From an uncultured Candidatus Saccharibacteria bacterium (GTDB taxonomy: Bacteria; Patescibacteriota; Minisyncoccia; Minisyncoccales; UBA10102): 64,000 bases of DNA. The stretch is taken from contig CAYZNF010000006.1 in assembly GCA_964479725.1 (NCBI GenBank), positions 5,518-69,517 of the forward strand, given 5' to 3'. Shown here in pieces: positions 18,040 through 27,753 of this stretch. Under the pieces are notes generated by a model that was not told the DNA's origin, searched no databases, and saw nothing but the letters and a program-made list of their open reading frames with translations. The stretch's first letter is position 1, and the number at the start of each line of letters is the position of its first letter. The position numbers were made by a program, and so were the translations under genes.

Positions 18040-19338
18040 ATGACCGAGCAACCCGTTATACAACTGAAAAACATTTCTTTAGTACACAATCTTGGCAAGG
18101 CCAATGAAATGGCGGCTTTAACGAACATCAATTTAGAGATCTATTCGGGAGAGTACCTTATTATATTTGGCCCTTCCGGCTGCGGGAAATCGACCCTTCT
18201 TTATTCCATGAGCGGAATGGAAACTCCAACCGCGGGAACAGTTACGGTTGCCCGCCAGGATTTCATTAACATGACCCCCAACCAGTTTGTGAGTATTCGG
18301 AGGTCTTGGATGGGGACAATTTTTCAAGCGTACAACCTTATCCCAAGCCTGAATGTTTTAGACAATGTTATGTTGCCCCAAACATTTGCCGGAGCTTTGC
18401 ATGATATAAAACGAAGAAAAGCGCTTGAACTGCTGGAAAATATGAAAATTGGGCATCTTGCAAAACGTTTCCCCACCCAATTATCGGGAGGGCAGCAGCA
18501 GCGTGTGGCTATCGCGAGGGCCTTAATATTTAATCCGCCAATCCTTCTTGCCGATGAACCCGTGGGCAATCTTGATTCGGAATCCGCGGCGACCGTTATG
18601 AAACTTTTGGCGGATTTGAACGAGCAGGGCAAAAAAACTATCGTCCTTGTTACCCACGAACCCTATCATCTTCATTATGCCCATCGGGTAGTATATATGA
18701 AAGACGGAAAAATCGTGCGTCAAGCCGCGAATCCCCAGAGAAAGCCCATTGCCCCAATAACGGGCAGGGGCGGAGAAACTTCTTCCGGCGCTTTCTTGCC
18801 TTCGCTTCCTCATCTTTCGGCGGAACAGCTCCAAATAAAAGCATTGGTTCAGCATCTTTTGCATCAATTTACTCTTGAGGAAGTTGAAAGAATTGAAGAA
18901 GGTGTGGGAAAAAGAGTGGAGGGACAGCTCGATGCCGCGGCTTTGTTGGTATACCTAGACAAGCCCTTTGAAGAAGGGGGCGCGGGTCTTTACAAACAGC
19001 GCGCAAGAGAATTTTCAGAAAAAATTGAGCGTATTCTTTCCAGGTCGAAGTTGCTGAAGAATGTTTCGAGCAATACCGCAGAAGAAAGCGATGTTGATAA
19101 AAAAGCTAGGGAAATCAGGAGGCATCTTCTGGAAGATTATTCAGGGGTTATGGGCAGCAGCGATCAAGTGCAGCGTCTTGATCGCTTTGTGCGTCTTCGG
19201 TTGGAGGGGAAAATCAACAAAGAGCATTTCGAAAAGTATCTTGATGCGCCCCTAAAGTCCGGGGGCGCTGGATTGGATAAGAGAACCGTCCGCAAATTCT
19301 CAAAAACAATGGAATTCCTTTTGGCTAAATATTCCTAA
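18040..19338 (+). CDS. ABC transporter ATP-binding protein (MacB/LolD-type) with a ~200-aa C-terminal extension made of two related modules
   Basis: Walker A GPSGCGKSTLL, signature LSGGQQQRVAIARAL, Walker B LLADEPVGNLD. The extension carries YLDKPFEEGGAGLYKQRAREFSEKIERIL and YLDAPLKSGGAGLDKRTVRKFSKTMEFLL. Confidence 0.85.
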   Translation: MTEQPVIQLKNISLVHNLGKANEMAALTNINLEIYSGEYLIIFGPSGCGKSTLLYSMSGMETPTAGTVTVARQDFINMTPNQFVSIRRSWMGTIFQAYNLIPSLNVLDNVMLPQTFAGALHDIKRRKALELLENMKIGHLAKRFPTQLSGGQQQRVAIARALIFNPPILLADEPVGNLDSESAATVMKLLADLNEQGKKTIVLVTHEPYHLHYAHRVVYMKDGKIVRQAANPQRKPIAPITGRGGETSSGAFLPSLPHLSAEQLQIKALVQHLLHQFTLEEVERIEEGVGKRVEGQLDAAALLVYLDKPFEEGGAGLYKQRAREFSEKIERILSRSKLLKNVSSNTAEESDVDKKAREIRRHLLEDYSGVMGSSDQVQRLDRFVRLRLEGKINKEHFEKYLDAPLKSGGAGLDKRTVRKFSKTMEFLLAKYS

Positions 19339-19342
19339 AACA

Positions 19343-20542
19343 ATGAAAGCTATCGATCTTTTAAAGCTCTCAACGAGAATGTTCCGGACGCGTTTTCTGC
19401 GCACCTTTTTGACGATTTTTGGAGTGGGAGTGGGTATAGGAGCCATTTTATTTTTAGTTTCTCTCGGGTATGGGCTGCAGCGCCTCATACTTCAGCAGAT
19501 TACTACAGCAGACTCCTTGCTTTCTCTCGACGTTATGCCCGCAAATGAAGAGTTGATCCCTCTTGATAAGGAAAGTCTTGAAAGCATCTCTTCCATACCC
19601 AATGTGCAGGAAATACATCCTTTGGCCGCTTTTTCGGGCCAAATTACCTTGAACGCTCTTACATCGGACATTGTTTTATATGGTGTTGATTCCGCCTATT
19701 TCCGTTTTGGGAGGGTAGAAACCCAGCAAGGCAGGCTCTTTGATAATTCTGCTGTCCGAGAGGTGGTAATTTCGTCGGCATTGGTGAAGTCTTTTGGATT
19801 GGATCTGGCGCAAGTCGAAAATCAGGAGGCGAATTTTACCCTTTTTATCAAAGAGGCAGATCCCGACGCTAACGTAAAGATCGAAGAGTTTTCGGAGAGC
19901 TATAAAGTGATGGGAGTTATCGAGGATGACTTTTCGGGCTTTGCATACATTCCTCTTCGAGCAATAGAGGGCGAAGGGGTACTTATACAAAAATATAGCC
20001 AGGCCAAGGTAAAGGTTTCAGAGACAAAGTATATGGAGGAAATCAGGGGGCGCATCATCGAAATGGGTTTTATGGTTTCGGCTTTAGCCGAAACCGTGGA
20101 TGAGGCAAATAAGGTGTTCACGGTGATCCGTATTATACTGGCGGTCTTTGGGTTGATTGCCCTCTTTATTTCGGCGATAGGTATGGCCAACACCATGACC
20201 GTTACTTTGCTTGAACGCACCAATGAAATAGGTATCATGAAATCTATTGGGGCTTCCAATAAAGACATTGGCCTCATGTTCTTAATGGAATCTTTGGTAA
20301 TGGGATTTCTGGGGGGCGTGGGGGGGATAGGCATTGGGTTTGTTGGAACAGAAATTTTTAACGGAATCTTGAATCTTGTGGCTCGCGGTTTCGGGGGGCA
20401 GTCTATAGATCTTTTTTATACTCCTCCCTGGTTTCTTGCTTTCGTGATGGTGTTTTCAACATTTGTGGGCTTTGCCACGGGGATTTTCCCTGCGCGGCGG
20501 GCGGCTAAAATGAATCCTTTGCAGGCCTTGCGGTATAAGTAG
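19343..20542 (+). CDS. ABC transporter permease, FtsX/MacB family
   Basis: N-terminal TM, large extracytoplasmic domain, and three C-terminal TMs with an FtsX-like segment (ANTMTVTLLERTNEIGIMKSIGAS). Ends with PLQALRYK. Confidence 0.8.
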   Translation: MKAIDLLKLSTRMFRTRFLRTFLTIFGVGVGIGAILFLVSLGYGLQRLILQQITTADSLLSLDVMPANEELIPLDKESLESISSIPNVQEIHPLAAFSGQITLNALTSDIVLYGVDSAYFRFGRVETQQGRLFDNSAVREVVISSALVKSFGLDLAQVENQEANFTLFIKEADPDANVKIEEFSESYKVMGVIEDDFSGFAYIPLRAIEGEGVLIQKYSQAKVKVSETKYMEEIRGRIIEMGFMVSALAETVDEANKVFTVIRIILAVFGLIALFISAIGMANTMTVTLLERTNEIGIMKSIGASNKDIGLMFLMESLVMGFLGGVGGIGIGFVGTEIFNGILNLVARGFGGQSIDLFYTPPWFLAFVMVFSTFVGFATGIFPARRAAKMNPLQALRYK

Positions 20543-20600
20543 GGCAGTATTGATTTTTCCGTATTTCTCATTTATAATTCTAACGTAACGAATGCCCTAT

Positions 20601-20655
20601 ACATAAATTTCCGAAGGAAATTTATGTCGGGCTTAACGCAAATCAAATTTGCGTT
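20601..20655 (+). other. Two perfect AT-rich hairpins immediately upstream of tRNA-Glu
   Basis: acataaatttcc-gaa-ggaaatttatgt (12-bp stem, 20601..20627) and aacgcaaat-caa-atttgcgtt (9-bp stem, 20635..20655). Confidence 0.7.
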
Positions 20656-20659
20656 TAGA

Positions 20660-20734
<75 letters not shown>

Positions 20735-20793
20735 CATAAAGTTTTCGCTAAGCTTCGTGTGGACTTTGTCCGTTTACTCCAAACAGGAATATA

Positions 20794-22389
20794 ATGATAG
20801 ATATGGCAAATTCCCAGGAAAAATACTATCTCCATATAGGGAGGTGGAGCGACCTAAAAGACCCAAAGGAGCGCACCCTGTATCGCCTTTTTGAAATTTT
20901 GCCTGGAGCTTTTACCTTTGGAGTATTTGCCTTGGCTGTCTTGCTTTCCTGGCTGACGCCAGCCTGGGTATCGCTTTTTATTTTGATTTTTATATTATAT
21001 TGGTTCGCCCGTTTGGTGTATTTTGGTTTCCATTTGAAGGCGTCGTACAGCCAAATGCGCTCCAACGAAAAAACAGACTGGCTAGAAAAGCTCAATGAGC
21101 TTTCTCCTTCCCAGTATCAAGCTCCTGTTTCCAGCTGGCACGATCTTTATCATTTAGTCATTGTCCCCACCTATCAAGAGCCTTTGGAAATTTTGCGTGC
21201 CACTTTATCATCCCTCCGGTATTCTGACTATTCGAAAGAAAGGATGATTGTCGTGTTGGGTATGGAGGAACGTGCGGGAAAAGAAGGCCGGCAAACAGCA
21301 GAGCTTTTGGAGAAAGAGTTCAAAGATATGTTTTTTAAATTTCTGGTCACCGCGCATCCCGATAATCTGCCAAACGAAACTGCAGGAAAGGCTTCAAACG
21401 AAACCTGGGCCACAAAAAAGGCAAAAGAAGAAATAATTGATCTCCTTGGTATCCCTTATTCCCGCGTAATCTTGACCTCGCTTGATTCAGACAGCGTGGT
21501 GTTCCCTAAATACTTCAGCTGTCTCGCGTATTATTTCCTTACTACCCCAAAACCCTTGCGCACTTCTTTTCAGCCAATCCCATTGTTCTTCAATAACTTA
21601 ATGGAAGCTCCGGCAATTTCCCGGGTATTTTCCTTTAACTCTACGTTCTGGCACATGATGAACCAATCCCGGCCCGAAAAATTGATCACGTTTTCCACGC
21701 ACTCAATGAGCTTTCAAGCTGTGGTGGACGTGGGGTTCAAGCAGACAAATGTCGTATCCGATGATTCCCGCATTTTCTGGCAGTGCTATTTGAAATATGA
21801 CGGCGATTATAAAACCCAGCCTGTTTATTATCCTATTTCCATGGATGCAAACGCTGCCCTAAGTTTTTGGCAAACCCTAAAGAATATCTACAAACAGCAA
21901 AGAAGATGGGCGTATGGGGTGGCGGATGTGCCATATTTCCTTTTCGGATTTTTAAAGAATAAAAAAATTCCTTTTTGGAAGAAAGTTTCGCCAGCTTGGG
22001 AAGTATTTTTTGGATTTTGGTCGTGGGCGTCGGTTTCCATAATGATTTTTCTTCTAAGCTGGCTTCCTTTGTGGCTGGGAGGGGAAAGCTTTTCACAGAG
22101 CCTTATTTCTTACAACCTGCCTCGCCTGACAAGCGGTATGCTGCGCGTAGGAATGCTGGGCTTGTTGGGTTCTATATACCTAATGTTCCTGTTGTTTCCT
22201 ATCAATTTCTCCGTCCATGGAAGAAGGAAAATAATTTTCTTTGTGCTCCAGTGGGCTCTACTGCCCGTAGTAATGGTTTTTTCTTCGATTCCCGCTCTTG
22301 AGGCCCAAATAAGGCTGATGGCCCAAAGATACTTAGGCTTTTGGGTTACGCCCAAGTTTCGTCAAAAATCGCAAAACACGAAACAGTAG
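20794..22389 (+). CDS. Membrane-embedded processive family-2 glycosyltransferase (cellulose/chitin-synthase-like)
   Basis: VIVPTYQEPLEIL, TSLDSDSVV (DxD-like) and the QQRRWAYG (QxxRW) motif. TM helices occur at both ends. Confidence 0.7.
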   Translation: MIDMANSQEKYYLHIGRWSDLKDPKERTLYRLFEILPGAFTFGVFALAVLLSWLTPAWVSLFILIFILYWFARLVYFGFHLKASYSQMRSNEKTDWLEKLNELSPSQYQAPVSSWHDLYHLVIVPTYQEPLEILRATLSSLRYSDYSKERMIVVLGMEERAGKEGRQTAELLEKEFKDMFFKFLVTAHPDNLPNETAGKASNETWATKKAKEEIIDLLGIPYSRVILTSLDSDSVVFPKYFSCLAYYFLTTPKPLRTSFQPIPLFFNNLMEAPAISRVFSFNSTFWHMMNQSRPEKLITFSTHSMSFQAVVDVGFKQTNVVSDDSRIFWQCYLKYDGDYKTQPVYYPISMDANAALSFWQTLKNIYKQQRRWAYGVADVPYFLFGFLKNKKIPFWKKVSPAWEVFFGFWSWASVSIMIFLLSWLPLWLGGESFSQSLISYNLPRLTSGMLRVGMLGLLGSIYLMFLLFPINFSVHGRRKIIFFVLQWALLPVVMVFSSIPALEAQIRLMAQRYLGFWVTPKFRQKSQNTKQ

Positions 22390-22396
22390 TTCGTAT

Positions 22397-24496
22397 TTAT
22401 TCCAAATGAAGTTTTTCTCGCATCTCATGCACCCTTTGTTTTAAGAGGGGATATCGGGAAAGGGAAATGTTTTCTTCCAAAATTTGCTTTGCCGCTTCTC
22501 TTGCTTCTTCTACGAGCCGCAGGTTTGTGAGCTGTTCCATGGCAAAATCGGGCAAGCCCCATTGCTTTGTGCCCGTAAAGTCGCCAGGGCCGCGTATTGC
22601 AAGATCGTGTTCCGCAAGCTCAAATCCGCTTGCGGCTTTTTGTATTGCCTCAAGCCTTTGTTTTGTTTTTGGAGAATAGGATTCGGTAAACAAAAAGCAG
22701 TATGATTGATGCTCACCCCGTCCTACGCGTCCGCGGAATTGATGGAGCTGGGCCAATCCAAAGCGCTCCGCTCCTTCTATCATCATGACTGCGGCGTTGG
22801 GTATGTCCACACCAACTTCAATAACCGATGTTGATACCAGAATATCGATTTTGCCGAATTTGTATTTTCTCATGACCTCCTCTTTTTCCTTTTGGGGCAT
22901 TTTGCCGTGGAGCATGGCCACTTCCAAATCCGGGAATACCTCTTCTGAAAGTTTTTTGTATTCTTGTTTTACATTTTTTATTTCCCCCTTTGCTTTTTCG
23001 TCTTGCTCTTCGTTTTCTTCGATTCTTGGACAAATGACGAATACCTGCCTGCCCTGGTTTACTTGCTCTTGGATGAATTCGTATGCCTTGTTGCGTCCTT
23101 TGGGAGGAATGATTTTGGTAATAATTTGTTTTCTTCCTTTTGGAAGTTCGGTTATAAGGGATAAGTCAAGATCCCCATAAATCGTCATGGCAAGGGTGCG
23201 GGGTATGGGAGTGGCGGTCATAGACAGAAGATGGGGGATAAGGGTGCTTCCATGGAGAAGCTTTGCCCTTTGTTTTATGCCAAAACGGTGCTGTTCGTCA
23301 ACGATGAGCAAGCCCAAATTGCCGAATTTAACTTTGTCTTGGATTAAAGAATGGGTTCCTATCAGTACCTGTACCTCCCCCCTTTTTATTTTTTCCAGCA
23401 GTTTTGTTCTTGATATTTCAATATAGTCGTTAGGAAGTTTCGGCGAGGTATATCTATCTGTTTTCCCTGTGAGCAGGCCGATGGTAACTCGCAGGGGAGC
23501 CAAAACCTGGCTTATGGTTTTAAAATGCTGCTGGACAAGTATTTCGGTGGGAGCCATAAAAGCGGCTTGATACCCTGCCCTGACCGCGGAATAGGCCGCC
23601 ATTGTTGCTACTACTGTTTTTCCAGAACCGACATCCCCCTGAAGAAGACGGTTCATGGGGCGCGGCTTTTCCATGTCTTTTAAAATATGCCACGCGGCTT
23701 TCTTTTGGCCGTCGGTAAGCTGAAAAGGCAATCTCGAAACAAGATTTTGCATCTGCTCGGAAGAAAAAGAAATAGAAGGAGCTTTGACCGAAGCAAGCTT
23801 TTTCCTTTCCGACAATATGAAAAGCATGATATGGAAAAGTTCTTCAAAAGCAAATCGTTTTTTCGCGATTTGTATTTTTTCTTCCGAGTCGGGGAAATGG
23901 GCTTGAGCCAGTGTTTCTTTTATGGGAGGGAACTGGCGGTTCTTGAGGATGTGTTCGGGCAGGGTTTCGGGAATATCCTCTAATTGAGCCAGTGTTTGTT
24001 TTATAATCGATCGAAGCCATCTTGAACTTACCCCTGCTGTTTCAGGATACACAGGCACAATCCTGCCAAGATGGGTAAGAGGAAGGCCTTGCCTTTCTTT
24101 TTCGTAAGAAGGGTTTGATAGGTAAATTCCTTTCTTGTCTCGTATGATTTTGCCCGCCAAGTAAACAACTTCCCCTTGTTTTAAGGTATCTATTAAATAC
24201 GGCTGGTTAAACCAAAGAACCCGCACAGCTCCTGTTTCATCCTGGAGTATTGCCTGTACAATGGAAAAACGCTTTTTAAATGTCCTTTCTGAAGTTATTT
24301 CCAATAGGGCGCCTTTTAGGCAATACACCTGGTCTTCTTTTATTTGGCTTATTGGAGTTATGATCGAAAAATCCTCGTGGGTTCTGGGAAAACGAAAAAG
24401 AAGATCACGTACCGTGGTGATCCCCATACTCTTCAATCGTTTTTGATATTCCGGCCCCACGCGGGGAACTTTTGAGACTGGGGTAGATAAAGTCAT
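22397..24496 (-). CDS. recG: ATP-dependent DNA helicase RecG
   Basis: Wedge/OB N-terminus, helicase motifs GDVGSGKT, DEQHRFG, SMTATPIPRTL, QLHQFRGRVGRG, and TRG-like GPGDFTGTKQWG. Confidence 0.9.
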   Translation of the reverse strand: MTLSTPVSKVPRVGPEYQKRLKSMGITTVRDLLFRFPRTHEDFSIITPISQIKEDQVYCLKGALLEITSERTFKKRFSIVQAILQDETGAVRVLWFNQPYLIDTLKQGEVVYLAGKIIRDKKGIYLSNPSYEKERQGLPLTHLGRIVPVYPETAGVSSRWLRSIIKQTLAQLEDIPETLPEHILKNRQFPPIKETLAQAHFPDSEEKIQIAKKRFAFEELFHIMLFILSERKKLASVKAPSISFSSEQMQNLVSRLPFQLTDGQKKAAWHILKDMEKPRPMNRLLQGDVGSGKTVVATMAAYSAVRAGYQAAFMAPTEILVQQHFKTISQVLAPLRVTIGLLTGKTDRYTSPKLPNDYIEISRTKLLEKIKRGEVQVLIGTHSLIQDKVKFGNLGLLIVDEQHRFGIKQRAKLLHGSTLIPHLLSMTATPIPRTLAMTIYGDLDLSLITELPKGRKQIITKIIPPKGRNKAYEFIQEQVNQGRQVFVICPRIEENEEQDEKAKGEIKNVKQEYKKLSEEVFPDLEVAMLHGKMPQKEKEEVMRKYKFGKIDILVSTSVIEVGVDIPNAAVMMIEGAERFGLAQLHQFRGRVGRGEHQSYCFLFTESYSPKTKQRLEAIQKAASGFELAEHDLAIRGPGDFTGTKQWGLPDFAMEQLTNLRLVEEAREAAKQILEENISLSRYPLLKQRVHEMREKLHLE

Positions 24497-24503
24497 TGCC
24501 TAG

Positions 24504-25064
24504 TTATTCTACCAGGATTTTAACCTTAGGCCATCTTGTTTTCCAGCGTTTTGTCTTGAGTCTCTGCCGGTAATCTTCTAAATGAGAATATTTGGGGTTT
24601 GGCCGTATTACCATGTCGACTAAATCGTTAATTCCAAAAGGCGCTATGAGCTTAAGGCGATTCGTATCTGAAATAGTAACAGCAACGCATGTGGCGGTTT
24701 CGACCCAGTGGGCGAGAGCATCTTCGGAAGAAGCATACGGGGGGTCATTATTTTTCAAATGCATCCTAGCCTGGTTTTTTATAGACCATGCCGTTTCCGG
24801 TATTTCTCTTCGCAGTTTTTCTTCGTAAGCCTCGTCTGTTTCGGGGTGCAGGGTAGAAGGGTCAAAATATATAAGATCAATGTTGCCCGAGGGAGTGGGT
24901 CTTGAATAGCCATGCAGGACATCCCATACTCTGTTTCGCACAAACCCAGCTCCAATCATCCAATCTGAAAGCTTCAGCCCTTGCGCCGCCTTTAGGATAT
25001 TCATCATCCAGGTGTCATTCCTTATAAGGGTCAAAATCGTTTCTTTGTCCATGTTGCGGTTCAC
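24504..25064 (-). CDS. Nucleotidyltransferase-family protein (DUF925/NTP_transf_6-like)
   Basis: WMIGAGFVRNRVWDVLHGY...DIDLIYFD pattern, typical of small nucleotidyltransferase-fold proteins. Confidence 0.5.
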   Translation of the reverse strand: MNRNMDKETILTLIRNDTWMMNILKAAQGLKLSDWMIGAGFVRNRVWDVLHGYSRPTPSGNIDLIYFDPSTLHPETDEAYEEKLRREIPETAWSIKNQARMHLKNNDPPYASSEDALAHWVETATCVAVTISDTNRLKLIAPFGINDLVDMVIRPNPKYSHLEDYRQRLKTKRWKTRWPKVKILVE

Positions 25065-25103
25065 TGTAGTTCAGGGTCTAGTTTGATTGTAGCAGATTGT
25101 ACC

Positions 25104-25125
25104 AAAAACGCCCTTGCGGGGCGCG
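25104..25125 (-). terminator. Orphan rho-independent terminator (minus strand) at the left edge of the GC-rich island
   Basis: The minus strand reads gcgccccgcaagggcgttttt. No convincing minus-strand gene ends just upstream of it. Confidence 0.5.
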
Positions 25126-25288
25126 AATAGGGTTAATGCGGAGTATTTTCTATACCCCTAGCCAGGGATAGAGCCAAAAGAGCCGATGCATGTTCGTGTT
25201 GTTTTCGTGTGTCATGCTTGAGGCAGTTGGTCAATAGCTCGTGCGTTGACAGACTCAAGAATGTTGAGCTATTATTATAGCCAAAGCC

Positions 25289-25513
25289 ATGAGAATCACT
25301 TACAGTCGATCTGTAGATGCAGCCTATATCTATCTGGTGCCGAGTATTCATGCTGGAGAAGTTGCACATACCTATCCATGCGACCCTGCAACCATTGGTT
25401 ATATGATTAACCTTGACTTCGATGTATCTTGGCGGCTCCTGGGAATTGAAGTGCTCGATGCCAGCAAGCATCTTCCGCAAGACATACTAAAGGGCGCGGA
25501 ACCGATGGAATAG
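25289..25513 (+). CDS. DUF2283-family small protein
   Basis: MRITYSRSVDAAYIYL...INLDFDVSWRLLGIEVLDASKHLP matches the characteristic DUF2283 pattern (MKITYD..DALYI.L ... GIEIL.AS). Confidence 0.65.
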   Translation: MRITYSRSVDAAYIYLVPSIHAGEVAHTYPCDPATIGYMINLDFDVSWRLLGIEVLDASKHLPQDILKGAEPME

Positions 25514-25518
25514 ATGCG

Positions 25519-26064
25519 GTGTTGCAACAACCGACAGGGGCTCAAGCAGTATTAATGATTATGAGCAAACAAATCCGGTTCTACATGACCGAAGGTGACG
25601 AGACTGCTTTCATGGATTTCGCCAGGACAACTGGCGAGGTCTATGTAATACCTGATAATTGGGCCACAGCCGAGATCCCCCTCTTGTCATCCTTGCCTGA
25701 ACCAGAAACCGACATTTTTTGGTGGAGCGTTTCACTATACAACGCGGCGATCTCGAAGAACCTTGTCAGCGTCTATGTTCCTCAACAACACTACTATGTC
25801 CTCGATTCTATGCAGTCTTCGGTGGTTGAATTTGCTCGTTCCATCCAACAAGAAGATATGCTCATAGCCGGGCGCCTATACCTCAATATGGAGAAGCTTG
25901 AACAAGGGCATCTGGTTAAAAAGGAACCCGAACTAGACCGCTGGTACAATGGCTTGGTGCGTTGGCTCCGGCGATACGCCACTCACAGAGAAGGGGTCTG
26001 GGTTGCCCCTGGTGCTGCGCGATGGGCCTCCATGGGAGGTCGTCTCGTCAAGATGCATTTATGA
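25519..26064 (+). CDS. Hypothetical protein (island)
   Basis: GC-rich ORF with a likely start at MSKQIRFYM. No recognised motif. Confidence 0.4.
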   Translation: MLQQPTGAQAVLMIMSKQIRFYMTEGDETAFMDFARTTGEVYVIPDNWATAEIPLLSSLPEPETDIFWWSVSLYNAAISKNLVSVYVPQQHYYVLDSMQSSVVEFARSIQQEDMLIAGRLYLNMEKLEQGHLVKKEPELDRWYNGLVRWLRRYATHREGVWVAPGAARWASMGGRLVKMHL

Positions 26065-26169
26065 GACGAGCGTTGGGCTTATGACACATCGAGACATTAC
26101 AATGATCCAGAAGAGGCTGTGCGTTTCACTGTACAAGTTAAACAAGCCAGATTTTCCAGCGAGTGCACC

Positions 26170-26817
26170 ATGAATACCAAGCACTATCGACTCAGCAACA
26201 ACTCGTTTCATACGCGCGGTTTTGCGTGGGCAACAAGCATGGTTCCCAAGTCCGATGTTTACTATCGCAAGTGTCCTTGCGGTGCGATAGAAACGTATCC
26301 AGTTGGAGCATTCGGTGTCGTCATTGATAGCGGGATGAAGTATCCAGATATCCTTGGGTGCGGAGCCTATCCGATGCTGATCGTAGCGGAACGCGTTGTG
26401 GACATTTGGAGGAGTACAACGCGAGGGGGCTTCCTCATCTATCCAGTGGACATCGCAGAAGTGCGCTCAAAGAGCCTCAAGGCTGTGACGCCACCTCGCT
26501 ACTATCGGGTCGAGGTCGAAGGGCGCTGCGAGATCGATTTGGGGGCGAGTGGTGGCGTACTACTCCATCAATGCGAGTGTCACCACCTGATAACGGAACC
26601 ACCGATGCTCGATCGCTTCATCATGCAACCAGGTTCTTGGGACGGAAGCGACCTATTCCGAGATCATGATCTCTACCCGAGAGTCACGTTCTGCACAGAG
26701 AAAGTGATGGAAATAGCGTCGGAGCACCGGCTCACCAATTTCCGCTTCGAGCCGATGCAGGGCCCCTTCGACTACGCCTCGAAGGGGATTGACTACCTAC
26801 ATGGCAAGAGATCATGA
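26170..26817 (+). CDS. Putative polymorphic-toxin immunity protein (Imm11/DUF1629-like; tentative)
   Basis: ATG at 26170 (MNTKHYRL). C-terminal pattern GSWDGSDLFRDHD...VTFCTEKVMEIASEHRLTNFRFEPM resembles Imm11-type proteins. The context is other immunity genes. Confidence 0.35.
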   Translation: MNTKHYRLSNNSFHTRGFAWATSMVPKSDVYYRKCPCGAIETYPVGAFGVVIDSGMKYPDILGCGAYPMLIVAERVVDIWRSTTRGGFLIYPVDIAEVRSKSLKAVTPPRYYRVEVEGRCEIDLGASGGVLLHQCECHHLITEPPMLDRFIMQPGSWDGSDLFRDHDLYPRVTFCTEKVMEIASEHRLTNFRFEPMQGPFDYASKGIDYLHGKRS

Positions 26818-27072
26818 ACGTGGATGTGCACGAGGTACCCCGTCAACAATGTGAGTCCCACATGCGAAGAGGCAGGCAACGTGTCTGCTGACTGCAATTC
26901 GCCTGCAGCAGTCCAGTGCCAAGGTCTACTTCGACAGGCTCAAGTAGTAACAATGATATGGAAATCATCAACACGACAATCAGAGGAGTCACTGTGTATC
27001 TCACGCTTGACGAGTTGCTTGTCTTGAACAACGCGCTGTAGTATTGGGGGAGAGGAAAAACTATTTTATACC

Positions 27073-27453
27073 ATGTCATTTACATATTCAAACGAATCCA
27101 ATACATTTTCGGGTCCGAGTACGCTAACCGTCCATATCCGGGAGGGGATGGTACGCAAGGCGGAGCTTCTAGAAGAGCTAGCTGCGCAGCTAAGGTTTCC
27201 TTGGTACTTCGGCCAGAACTGGGATGCGCTCGACGAATGTCTCCAAGATTTCCACTGGATGGATTATGACCGAATAGTGCTAGTTCATCATGATTTGCCT
27301 TTGCAAGACCAGGCCACAGAAATGAGGACATATCTAGAGATTCTCCGAGATGCGTGTGATTTCTGGGCTGCGCGCTCCAGACCCGTTTTTGTCGTTGTAT
27401 TTCCCCCTTCATGGAAGCATCTGATCGAGGCTACTTTGAATACGATTGGCTAG
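27073..27453 (+). CDS. Barstar-family ribonuclease inhibitor (orphan immunity protein)
   Basis: ELLEELAAQLRFPWYFGQNWDALDECLQDFHW matches the barstar core (L..FP.YyG.N.DAL.DCL). No barnase-like gene is adjacent. Confidence 0.7.
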   Translation: MSFTYSNESNTFSGPSTLTVHIREGMVRKAELLEELAAQLRFPWYFGQNWDALDECLQDFHWMDYDRIVLVHHDLPLQDQATEMRTYLEILRDACDFWAARSRPVFVVVFPPSWKHLIEATLNTIG

Positions 27454-27753
27454 AACGAAATTAAATGCTAAATAGTTCGTCGCAAAGAAACTTACGTCCT
27501 GGTCAATAATTGACAAGGGTAGTATAAGTATCTACATACATGAGTATAGTCAATGTCATACTCCAAGACGAGTCGGGAAGGACCATTGAACAAATTGGGA
27601 AAAACCCATTGCCTCTCGATGCACTCCTTTCTTACTTATGGGTCAACGTGAATCTGGTGTCAAGCACAAACTGTAAGTTGCTTCAGTCGATCAAGCATCG
27701 TCACTCCAAACGTCAAGAGCGGCCCGCCGCGAAGGTGAACCGCTCTGTTCAGA

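Noticed and set aside
25133-25480. 115-aa minus-strand ORF that would end just before the stranded terminator
   Set aside because: It overlaps the plus-strand DUF2283 ORF, which has a recognisable family pattern. The minus-strand translation has no protein-like features.
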